In this document: positions 55,810 to 64,000 of the stretch, in pieces
Numbering within the stretch: position 1 is the first letter of the stretch
Layout: the number at the start of each line of letters is the position of its first letter
IMG/VR virus record: IMGVR_UViG_3300020036_009553
Location: 64,416 to 128,415 of that record
Source of the DNA: a virus
Taxonomy: Duplodnaviria; Caudoviricetes
Reading direction: 5' to 3' (one strand)
DNA: 64,000 bases
Notes under the pieces: model-generated
Told to the model about the DNA's origin: nothing
What the model saw: only the letters and a program-made list of their open reading frames with translations
The model's database searches: none
Made by a program: the position numbers and the translations under genes

Positions 55810-58800
55810 CTATGAAGTAGCTAAATCTCCAAGGAGGTCCCACTCATTTGTAGCAACTTTAACTAATTTAAATTCGCACCCTGGCCCTCTCGTCTTAGCA
55901 ATGAAGCCAGTTGGAATGTTGATGACAGCAGCTCCCTCTGGGGAAATGATGACCTCTCCAGCACCAATTTGATAGCCACTTATCGAGGTCCCAACAGGAA
56001 ATGCTACTGTTGCATTTAATGGAACCGTAAGCGTTACATCTGTTGCAGATGTAAACCTGACCCAAGCTGATACATCTGATAAAGCAAGAACTTTGGTGGT
56101 GCCTGCTTCTGTTACAATAGTAGCATATTTGGGAGCTCCTGCAACAGTTTGCGTTGTACCATCAGGAAATATAATTCCGTGTGTTCCTGGTGTTCCTTCA
56201 ATTTTAATATTTCCATCTTTAATATGACAAGTTTCCGTTGGAGTTGCAACGTTGACCCCTAACCGGTTGTTGAGATCATCCCATACGAAATCTAGTTCTC
56301 CCGTAAATTCACTATTTTTGTTGAATTGAACCGCACCAATAGATGACGCAAGACTAGTATCAATAAATGGTGCCGTTGGAGGGGTAAAGTTAGCAGTATA
56401 TACAGCGGTCCCTTTTACGATGCGGAATTCATCTATGTATCCAGTCCAGTTATATCCAGATGTGCTAGCGTATATTCCCAAATAAGCAGTTGTTGATGTG
56501 ATGTTTTCCACGTTTGCTTGTGAAAATTGCAATGTTCCATTTATAAACGTCTTATATGTTCCTCCTGACCTAGTTACAGCAATGTGATGCCATTGGTTTG
56601 CTGAATAGGTGTTTGTTGAAGCTACTGCTACACCACTACTACTTTTGAACGAAAGTTTAGTTCCAGTGGAGGTATATATCCGCATAAATTCTGGTGATAT
56701 GCCATCGTTCGATAGCATAAACAATCCTTTACTATCTAGGGTTCCTGTTGGGTATGCCCAAAATTCTATAGTAAAATCGTTAGTTCCAATCATAGTGGGC
56801 AAATCGCACCGTAAATAATCTCCCGTTCCATCCAAATACAAGCTGGATCCACCAAATTTGGACTGTGCCGTTGAAATTTTAGCATCACCAACTCTCGTTA
56901 TGATAACAGGAGATCCATATGAACTATCCACAAAAGTGGTACTATTGTTAAGTCCGTCGAAGTGGAGTTGGCATATCGTTTGCCCATATGTTGAATTAGG
57001 ATTGTGCGATCCGACGTGGGTCGATTGTCCCCCCGGTAATGCTGCTTTCACTTGTTTTCCACCATCGGGAAATATGATACCATGTGTTCCTGATATTCCT
57101 TGAAGTTTAATGTTGCTATCAGATAAATGAATTCCTTCATCAGGAGTTATCGTGTTAATTCCAAGCCGTCCATTGATCTCATCCCAGACGAAAGTATTAG
57201 CTCCAGCATAGGTAGTATTACTTCTGTTGAATTGAACAGAACCAACTGATGCCGAGTTGCTATTATCTGGAAATGGGGCGGTTGGCGGGGTGAAGGCAGC
57301 CGTGTATAAGGCAGCCCCTTTAATGAAACGAAATTCATCGATGTATCCCAAGAATGAATATGATGTGCCGTTTCCAAGACCAATTGCGACATTGTATGCT
57401 GTAATATTGACGGCATTGGCCTCTGTGTGGATCAACTTTCCGTTCACAAATCCCCTAGCTGTTCCGCCCGTTCGAGTTACAGCAACGTGGTGCCATTGAT
57501 TTGGATAATATAGATCCGTTGATACAGTAGTAGTCGCGAACACAAATGTAAACTTGGGCCAGTCATATCTTACTTGAATTGCGGCGTTATTGGTAGAAGG
57601 CGTATCACAAAAACAAAAAATTCCAAGTGTTGACGAGTTTGGTAATAAGGTAGGGTATATCCAACATTCTATCGTAAAATCCTCTGTGCCAACAGAAGTT
57701 AGGGTGTCGACCGTAACATAGTCTCCTGTTCCGTCCAAAAATAAACTTGACCCACCGAATTTGGATTGTGTCGTTGAAATTTTACTATTGCCGTATAAAG
57801 TAACCTCTTTGGGGGAAGAAGATGTATCAATAATAGATGTACTGTTATTAAGACCACTAAAATGAAATTGGCATATAGTTCGCCCATATGTGGACACGGG
57901 GTCAACGGTGGTTGTATATGACGATGTTCCACCTGGTATATTAGTTCCTGATAGTTGTTTTGATCCATCAGGAAATATAATACCGTGTGTCCCAGATGTT
58001 CCTTCAATTTTAATATTTCCATTAGTAATATGGAGTTTTTCCGTTGGTTCAGCAGTGTCTATTCCAAGTCTATTATTAAATTCATCCCATACGAAATTTA
58101 CCATTCCAGATAGTGCAGTGTTGCCTTTATTGTACTGGACTGATCCAATAGATGATCCACCGGTTCCAAGGTTAGTATCAGCAAAAGTGGCAACAGGCGG
58201 CGTGAAGTTAGCAGTGTAAATTCCGACGCCTTTAATCACACGAAAGTCATCAATGTATCCTTCGAATGAATACCCAGATCCATAGTAACCACCTATCCAC
58301 AACGTCTGTGCTGTGTTATCAACAGCATATGTAAATGCAGATCCTTGGCGAACGCCATCCATGAACAGAGATATTAATCCTCCAACGCGAACAACTGCCA
58401 AATGGTACCACCGATTTGGTATAGTTGCTGAGGTAGCTTGAGTATTCCCCACAGTCGAAAGGGTAAATGAAGATCCATTTGTCCTGATGTGTAGTGCCGT
58501 ATCAGATAAGTTCGTAGATATTTGCCATATTCCATCATTAGAACTAGGTACCCACGATCTTGCCCAACACTCAATGGTAAAATCTTCAATTCCAAGGGAT
58601 GTGCCGAGTGCCACACTCAAGTGGGAATTTCCTCCAACCAATTGTAAACTAGATCCACCAAATTTTGATTGGTACGTAGTTAGTCTTGGAGTACCATATG
58701 ATGTCACAGTTTTGGCAACAGGAGATGTATCAGCGAATGTTGTGCTATTGTGGCTTCCATCAAAATGGAATTGGCACAGTGTCGAATCATAAATTGGGTT

Positions 58801-61800
58801 AAGCCCAGAATTATCAACAAATGTTGATGTTCCACCAGGAATGCTCGCTCCTGTTTTTAGTTTTGTTCCATCGGGAAATATGATACCATGCGTTCCAGGG
58901 GTTCCTTCAAGCTTAATGTTTCCATCTTTAATATGGCACAACTCTAATGGGGTTGTCGTATTGATCCCAATACGATTCTTAATTTCATCCCACACGAGAA
59001 TGGATTCGCCGGCGAATGTCACATTGTTTCTATTATATTGAATTGACCCAATGGATGATGGCTCACTCGTGTCTGGGAATGGAGCTGTTGGCGGGGTGAA
59101 GTTGGTTGTGTAAATAGCACGACCCCGGATATATCGAAATTCATCAATATATCCTTGCCAAGGATAGCTCGTGCTGTAGTACAATCCAATATACAAATAT
59201 TGAGAAGTAATACTGGTAGCTCCAACGGTTTCTGATGCGAACAATACACCATTGACAAAGAACCGTAATACTCCACCTGTTCTAGTAGCAGCATAATGAT
59301 ACCAAGTATTTACAAATCTTATAGGACCTGATAGTTGGTTGTTTGCTGGTCCTCTGGCTAAAAATTGAGATAACGTCACATATGCACGAACTTGAATTCC
59401 GGTACCTTCTGTAGTGGACAATTGAAATATTCCATCGTCCCCACCTGAATCTGTGTGCATTACCCAACATTCTATTGTGAAATCTTCAGTTGTTGGGGTT
59501 GGGGACAATGTAACTCTTAAATAATCTCCCGTTCCGTCCAAGTATAAACTGGACCCGCCAAATTTGGATTGTGCCGTTGAAATTTTAGCATCACCAAATC
59601 GAGTAATTGTTGATGGGGTGTATGCTGAGTCAGTAAATGTCGTTGAATTATTATCACCATCAAAATGAAGTTGACACACTGTTAATCCGTAATCAGAATT
59701 AACATCATGCCCACTTGAATACGTGGAGGTTCCTCCTGGTGAGCCACCGCCTCCGCCACCTCCAGCGCTCGCCGTAGTTTGCACTGTGTCATCAGGGAAT
59801 ATGATACCGTGGACCCCTACTGTTCCTTCGATTTTAAGATTACCATCTTTAATATGAACGGCTTCTTCCGGAGCTGTTGTATTAATTCCTAATAAATGCT
59901 GGGTAGCATCCCACACAAGTGAACTATCTCCACCGAAAGCTGTGGCATTTTTGTATTGAACAGAATTTATAGAAGCACTAGAATATCCGGACGGAATGCT
60001 AGCATATTTTTGATTAGTTCCATCTGGAAATATGATACCATGTGTTCCTGGTGTTCCTTCAATTTTAATGTTTCCATTTTTGGTGTGGATAGATTCATCA
60101 GGACTGGGAGTGTTTATCCCGAGTTTGCTGTTGATTTCATCCCATACAAAAGTGCTCACTCCTGCAAACGTAGAAGAACCCTTTTTAAATTGAATAGATC
60201 CAATAGATCCACCAGCATATGATGTTGGGAATGTTGCAGTTGGAGGGGTAAAGTTGCTCACATACAGAGCAGTTCCTTTAATAAAACGAAAATCATCAAT
60301 GTACCCCTGCCAAGGATAGTCGCCACTATAATAGGTACCTATCCACAAATTAGTACTGGTAATATCTACTGCGTTGTTGGCGTTGTGAACCACAACACCA
60401 TCTACGAAGAATCTTAATACTCCACCATCTCTCGCAACAACGAGGTGGTACCAAGTATCAGCTGATATAGTAAACGCAGTTGATTGTGTTCCTCCGGAAT
60501 GTCTAATCTCAAATCGTTGACCGTATGATAACACTTGGAGGGCAGCGGATCCGGTTACGGTGTCTGATAGTTGAAACACACCATCGTTTACATTGTCGTT
60601 ATCCATGTTGACCCAACACTCAATGGTAAAATCTCCCGTACCAATAAGATTTCCAGCTAGACTGACGCTTAAATAATCTCCAGTACCATCTAACCGCAAG
60701 CTCGTTCCTCCAAATTTAGACTTAGTGGTTGAGATTTTAGCATCACCATATATAACCGGAGTTTTGGGGGTAGGAGAGGTGTCTGTAAACGTCGTTGAAT
60801 TGTGGGTGCCATCAAAATTGAATTGACACACAGTATCCCAATATTCTTCGTTTGGTATAGTTCCATCAACAAAAGATGACACTCCTCCAGGAGATCCACC
60901 AGAAACATCTACCCATTCCGTATTGTAGTCTGTATTATCTATTTTTACCAGTGTTTGTCCTGTTGTTCCACCGACTGGGACGCCTTCTCCGCCCCCTCCA
61001 GCAATTGTTATCCATTCCGTATTGTAGTCTGTATTATCTATTTTTACCAGTGCTTGTCCTGTTGTTCCACCAACCGGAACACCGATGCCAGGCGCCCCAT
61101 CGCTGCCAGACCCCCCTCCGCCCACTGCTCCTTTAAATTGTCTCCAGTCAATAAAGTCAGTTCCGGTGGAAGTTTGTGTTATTTTTGATTTGACAGCATT
61201 GCCATATGAACTATCTGTTTGAACAATGATAGTAGCAACGGGGACAAATTCAAGGCTCAATGTTGATAGTGCTCCAAGGCTAAGATTATACCACTCAACT
61301 TCAGCGCCTGCTTGTGCCAATGCTGCTGTTGTATATTCGTTTTGTCCAACAATCCAGAATAAGTGTCCTCTAATGTCATTAGTTGCCAGCAAGTGCATTA
61401 GAACAAATTGACCATTGGCTACTTCTGACAGTTGCCATTCATTGATAACAACTTCGTTCCATGCTGCTCTTCCGCTTCCAATTGAAGTAACGACATATCC
61501 AGAACTAGGCAACACCCGCCAATTTCCTGTTATCCCCTCGCGATAGATGAATGGAATACTGGCAGGAGATGCCTTTGTTGTTACCGAATGTTGTATATCT
61601 TCGTCCCAAAATGTACCTGAGTTAACCCCAAGTTGCGCGTGAGAAGCAATGGATCCATTTCCAATAGTTACCCCAGTTGGCGCTAACCCAGTTGCCCACC
61701 TTGCTCCAACTGTGTTGTGGTTGTATAAATGGGTTCTCGAATCCATTTCACGGCCATGTCGTTCGTCTCCAACTACAACCGCCATTTTGTTTGTAGCATC

Positions 61801-63999
61801 CCAATATATTGCTGCTGTGAAAGCATATGATGTAATGATTAATGGGTCAAATGCTGATGTTTCTGTTAACGTACCACCGTTGTTGTAATATATGAAATGA
61901 ATACCTTCTGTATCCGGAATTTGGATAGTCTCAGCTGTTCCTGGTTTAGTGTAGCGGATTCCGTTACACCAAATGTAATATGGTGATCCTGATGAAATGG
62001 TTAAGGTTCGGGTGCCATCATCAAATGACATACTAACAGTATTTGGGTCAGTTTCCCAACCATTTTGTTGAATTCCACCAGATATTTGAACAGTCCCATC
62101 AGGATATTCTATGCTTGATACTTTGACGGCTCCGTTAACATAAAGTTTATATGATGAATTTGGAGCAATGCCCAAACTAACATTTCCAGCAGTACTCATC
62201 ATTAATCCGGTGGTACTAAATGTGGTAGCATTTGGCGTGATGTTAAATCTGTTAGAACTATCTACCCCCCAAGAATACCAATTGGTTGCATTAGATAGAA
62301 TGTTCAATGCTTGACCGCCTGCTCCAGTCCATTGCGTAATTCTATTATTTCCGCCAAGAGCAGTATCAATCATAAAGGTAGCACTAACAGATCCGCTTGT
62401 TGTACTACCCAATCTCAATTTGTCTGTTATTTGTGCATCACCATATACACTGAAAGTTCTTGCCACTGTATCTGCACCAGAATTTCCAATAATCGTATTA
62501 CCGTTAGGTTTTATCGCAAGTTGTGTGGTGTTGGAAGTTTTTAGTTGTATTTGTCCTGCTTCTTGGGAAACAATATTAAAATCACCAGTTCCACGATGAA
62601 TTATTTCTGTGGCGGCATTCGCTCCAGAATCATATCTAATAATTCTTGTTCCAAAATCGGTGTATGTTGTATCTCCAACTAAATCAATGTATGCTAATCC
62701 TGAACTACTTCTTCCATACCCTAATTCTAGTGTAGCGGATGTCGATCCGTTTGGTTGAACATATACGGACGCTCCGGTTAAGTATAATACATTATTTGTG
62801 TTGCTGGTGAACGCGTATTGACCAGCTGGATTGATTTCTTGTGTCCACGAAGTTACAGAGAAAACATTTTCAAGTTTGATTTTTCCATCAGTAACATGGA
62901 TGTATTCCGTTGGAGTTACTGTATTATATCCAACATTTCCTGTGAAAGAATCTCCAGATTTTTTAGCATACTGAGGATGATCATCATCACCAAGGCCAGA
63001 TAGTCCACCATGATCTAAAACGCCAGGATCATTATCAATCCACTCAACGTTGTTATCATTGTTGTTAATCTTAGCTAATATTTGGCCCGTTGTTCCACCA
63101 GGAGGAAGATTCCCAGCAGTAAAAGACAAACTATCGGCGTAAAATTTTGTAACAGCGTGGTTATTAGCCGTTGGAGGTCCAGCTAAAAACAATTCGCCAG
63201 TCATTGTGCCACCAGATTTTTTTATGTACAAGGTATCAGCAGTTGAAAGAGATGTATCGACATACAATTTTGTCGTTGCTTCCAATTCATTAGACGGAGC
63301 TCCGCCTAATATAAGTGGCCCAGATACTGTTCCGCCTGTTTTGAGTAGGTATTGTGGGTGGTCATCATCAGCAAGTCCTAACAATGCGCGATGCTCTGTG
63401 ACACCACCTCCACCGGCATTATCATCAACATATTTTTTGGTAGCGGCTTGTTGGTCTACCGTTGGTGTTCCAGTCAATAATAAATTGCCAGTCATTGTTC
63501 CACCAGACTTGGGCAAATATTGTGGATGATCATCATCCGCTAACCCTATTAAGTCACCGTGATCAATAATTGGTGGAGGCGGAGCAGTCCAAAAAACATT
63601 GTTATCGGTATCATCAATCTTGGCTAGTACTTGGCCAGCTGTTCCGCCAGATGGAATACCAGCAGGTAGAATGCTCCATTCCGTATCATTATCAGCATTC
63701 GAACTTTTTGTTAATACTGTTCCGGCTGTTCCACCTGGGGGTACGCCCAATCCGTCGTTTCCAGGAATTCCTTGAACTCCTTGTGGGCCTTGGCTTCCAG
63801 TACCAGCAGGTCCTTGCGCTCCTTGAGGTCCTTGGTCACCAGTTGCTCCTTGTGGTCCTTGAGGTCCTTCATCTCCTCGCAATCCTTGTTCCCCTTGAAT
63901 TCCTTGAATTCCCTGAGGACCTTGTGGTCCCATTGGACCAGCAAAGCTAAATCCATCCACATATTGTTTAGTAGCAGCTTGTAAGGCTGTTGCTGGATC
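55810..63999 (-). CDS. giant tail fibre/adhesin with collagen segment and five LamG/ConA-like domains; 5' end outside window (>2729 aa)
   Basis: frame stays open to the window edge ([16 protein letters not shown]...); G-X-Y repeats, DDDHPQY repeats, five DFTIE.W...W.H.A..R...GYIDEFR domains. Confidence 0.9.
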   Translation of the reverse strand, partial: DPATALQAATKQYVDGFSFAGPMGPQGPQGIQGIQGEQGLRGDEGPQGPQGATGDQGPQGAQGPAGTGSQGPQGVQGIPGNDGLGVPPGGTAGTVLTKSSNADNDTEWSILPAGIPSGGTAGQVLAKIDDTDNNVFWTAPPPPIIDHGDLIGLADDDHPQYLPKSGGTMTGNLLLTGTPTVDQQAATKKYVDDNAGGGGVTEHRALLGLADDDHPQYLLKTGGTVSGPLILGGAPSNELEATTKLYVDTSLSTADTLYIKKSGGTMTGELFLAGPPTANNHAVTKFYADSLSFTAGNLPPGGTTGQILAKINNNDNNVEWIDNDPGVLDHGGLSGLGDDDHPQYAKKSGDSFTGNVGYNTVTPTEYIHVTDGKIKLENVFSVTSWTQEINPAGQYAFTSNTNNVLYLTGASVYVQPNGSTSATLELGYGRSSSGLAYIDLVGDTTYTDFGTRIIRYDSGANAATEIIHRGTGDFNIVSQEAGQIQLKTSNTTQLAIKPNGNTIIGNSGADTVARTFSVYGDAQITDKLRLGSTTSGSVSATFMIDTALGGNNRITQWTGAGGQALNILSNATNWYSWGVDSSNRFNITPNATTFSTTGLMMSTAGNVSLGIAPNSSYKLYVNGAVKVSSIEYPDGTVQISGGIQQNGWETDPNTVSMSFDDGTRTLTISSGSPYYIWCNGIRYTKPGTAETIQIPDTEGIHFIYYNNGGTLTETSAFDPLIITSYAFTAAIYWDATNKMAVVVGDERHGREMDSRTHLYNHNTVGARWATGLAPTGVTIGNGSIASHAQLGVNSGTFWDEDIQHSVTTKASPASIPFIYREGITGNWRVLPSSGYVVTSIGSGRAAWNEVVINEWQLSEVANGQFVLMHLLATNDIRGHLFWIVGQNEYTTAALAQAGAEVEWYNLSLGALSTLSLEFVPVATIIVQTDSSYGNAVKSKITQTSTGTDFIDWRQFKGAVGGGGSGSDGAPGIGVPVGGTTGQALVKIDNTDYNTEWITIAGGGGEGVPVGGTTGQTLVKIDNTDYNTEWVDVSGGSPGGVSSFVDGTIPNEEYWDTVCQFNFDGTHNSTTFTDTSPTPKTPVIYGDAKISTTKSKFGGTSLRLDGTGDYLSVSLAGNLIGTGDFTIECWVNMDNDNVNDGVFQLSDTVTGSAALQVLSYGQRFEIRHSGGTQSTAFTISADTWYHLVVARDGGVLRFFVDGVVVHNANNAVDITSTNLWIGTYYSGDYPWQGYIDDFRFIKGTALYVSNFTPPTATFPTSYAGGSIGSIQFKKGSSTFAGVSTFVWDEINSKLGINTPSPDESIHTKNGNIKIEGTPGTHGIIFPDGTNQKYASIPSGYSSASINSVQYKNATAFGGDSSLVWDATQHLLGINTTAPEEAVHIKDGNLKIEGTVGVHGIIFPDDTVQTTASAGGGGGGGSPGGTSTYSSGHDVNSDYGLTVCQLHFDGDNNSTTFTDSAYTPSTITRFGDAKISTAQSKFGGSSLYLDGTGDYLRVTLSPTPTTEDFTIECWVMHTDSGGDDGIFQLSTTEGTGIQVRAYVTLSQFLARGPANNQLSGPIRFVNTWYHYAATRTGGVLRFFVNGVLFASETVGATSITSQYLYIGLYYSTSYPWQGYIDEFRYIRGRAIYTTNFTPPTAPFPDTSEPSSIGSIQYNRNNVTFAGESILVWDEIKNRIGINTTTPLELCHIKDGNIKLEGTPGTHGIIFPDGTKLKTGASIPGGTSTFVDNSGLNPIYDSTLCQFHFDGSHNSTTFADTSPVAKTVTSYGTPRLTTYQSKFGGSSLQLVGGNSHLSVALGTSLGIEDFTIECWARSWVPSSNDGIWQISTNLSDTALHIRTNGSSFTLSTVGNTQATSATIPNRWYHLAVVRVGGLISLFMDGVRQGSAFTYAVDNTAQTLWIGGYYGSGYSFEGYIDDFRVIKGVGIYTANFTPPVATFADTNLGTGGSSIGSVQYNKGNTALSGMVNFVWDEFNNRLGIDTAEPTEKLHITNGNIKIEGTSGTHGIIFPDGSKQLSGTNIPGGTSSYTTTVDPVSTYGRTICQFHFSGLNNSTSIIDTSSSPKEVTLYGNSKISTTQSKFGGSSLFLDGTGDYVTVDTLTSVGTEDFTIECWIYPTLLPNSSTLGIFCFCDTPSTNNAAIQVRYDWPKFTFVFATTTVSTDLYYPNQWHHVAVTRTGGTARGFVNGKLIHTEANAVNITAYNVAIGLGNGTSYSFLGYIDEFRFIKGAALYTAAFTPPTAPFPDNSNSASVGSVQFNRSNTTYAGANTFVWDEINGRLGINTITPDEGIHLSDSNIKLQGISGTHGIIFPDGGKQVKAALPGGQSTHVGSHNPNSTYGQTICQLHFDGLNNSTTFVDSSYGSPVIITRVGDAKISTAQSKFGGSSLYLDGTGDYLRCDLPTMIGTNDFTIEFWAYPTGTLDSKGLFMLSNDGISPEFMRIYTSTGTKLSFKSSSGVAVASTNTYSANQWHHIAVTRSGGTYKTFINGTLQFSQANVENITSTTAYLGIYASTSGYNWTGYIDEFRIVKGTAVYTANFTPPTAPFIDTSLASSIGAVQFNKNSEFTGELDFVWDDLNNRLGVNVATPTETCHIKDGNIKIEGTPGTHGIIFPDGTTQTVAGAPKYATIVTEAGTTKVLALSDVSAWVRFTSATDVTLTVPLNATVAFPVGTSISGYQIGAGEVIISPEGAAVINIPTGFIAKTRGPGCEFKLVKVATNEWDLLGDLATS
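60913..61071. repeat. 60-bp direct repeat inside the fibre gene
   Basis: 60913-60972 vs 61012-61071, one mismatch ([19 protein letters not shown]). Confidence 0.9.
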
Positions 64000-64000
64000 A

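Noticed and set aside
60913-61071. Diversity-generating retroelement TR/VR pair
   Set aside because: In-frame coding duplication with one mismatch in the middle of the gene; no reverse transcriptase in the window.
1-64000. Alternative genetic code, tRNA or rRNA genes
   Set aside because: Genes tile densely under the standard code with all three stops used; no cloverleaf or rRNA-like sequence seen by eye. A tRNAscan run would confirm.

Overview
This is a 64 kb piece of a large, AT-rich, T4-like (probably jumbo) myophage genome. It uses the standard genetic code, and I found no rRNA, tRNA or CRISPR array. (i) 1-2.9 kb is an early-gene island. Each small gene has its own consensus sigma70 promoter, several promoters sit inside inverted repeats, and three share a 33-bp leader. 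A G-free repeat tract follows. (ii) 3.1-22 kb holds + strand accessory genes: three local paralog families, DUF262, RNA ligase, nucleotidyltransferase, orphan Cache sensor, HD hydrolase, PTH2-like, QueD-like, macro domain, GNATs, P-loop kinase and FolE2. (iii) 22-64 kb is mostly - strand: SOD, two separated DnaE fragments, a subtilisin, tail fibre/baseplate proteins, clamp loader, tandem GroES, UvsW with a class-3 intein, UvsY, UvsX, gp32, and a giant collagen/5xLamG fibre that runs off the right end. The most striking element is a self-promoted operon at 34.2-40.6 kb inserted among the fibre genes. It encodes a 70-aa His/Tyr/Cys-rich peptide, a 298-aa unknown protein and four tightly coupled radical SAM enzymes, and the peptide shares an HxH-xx-(Y)DD motif with the neighbouring 146-aa protein. 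All calls come from motif recognition by eye; no searches were run.
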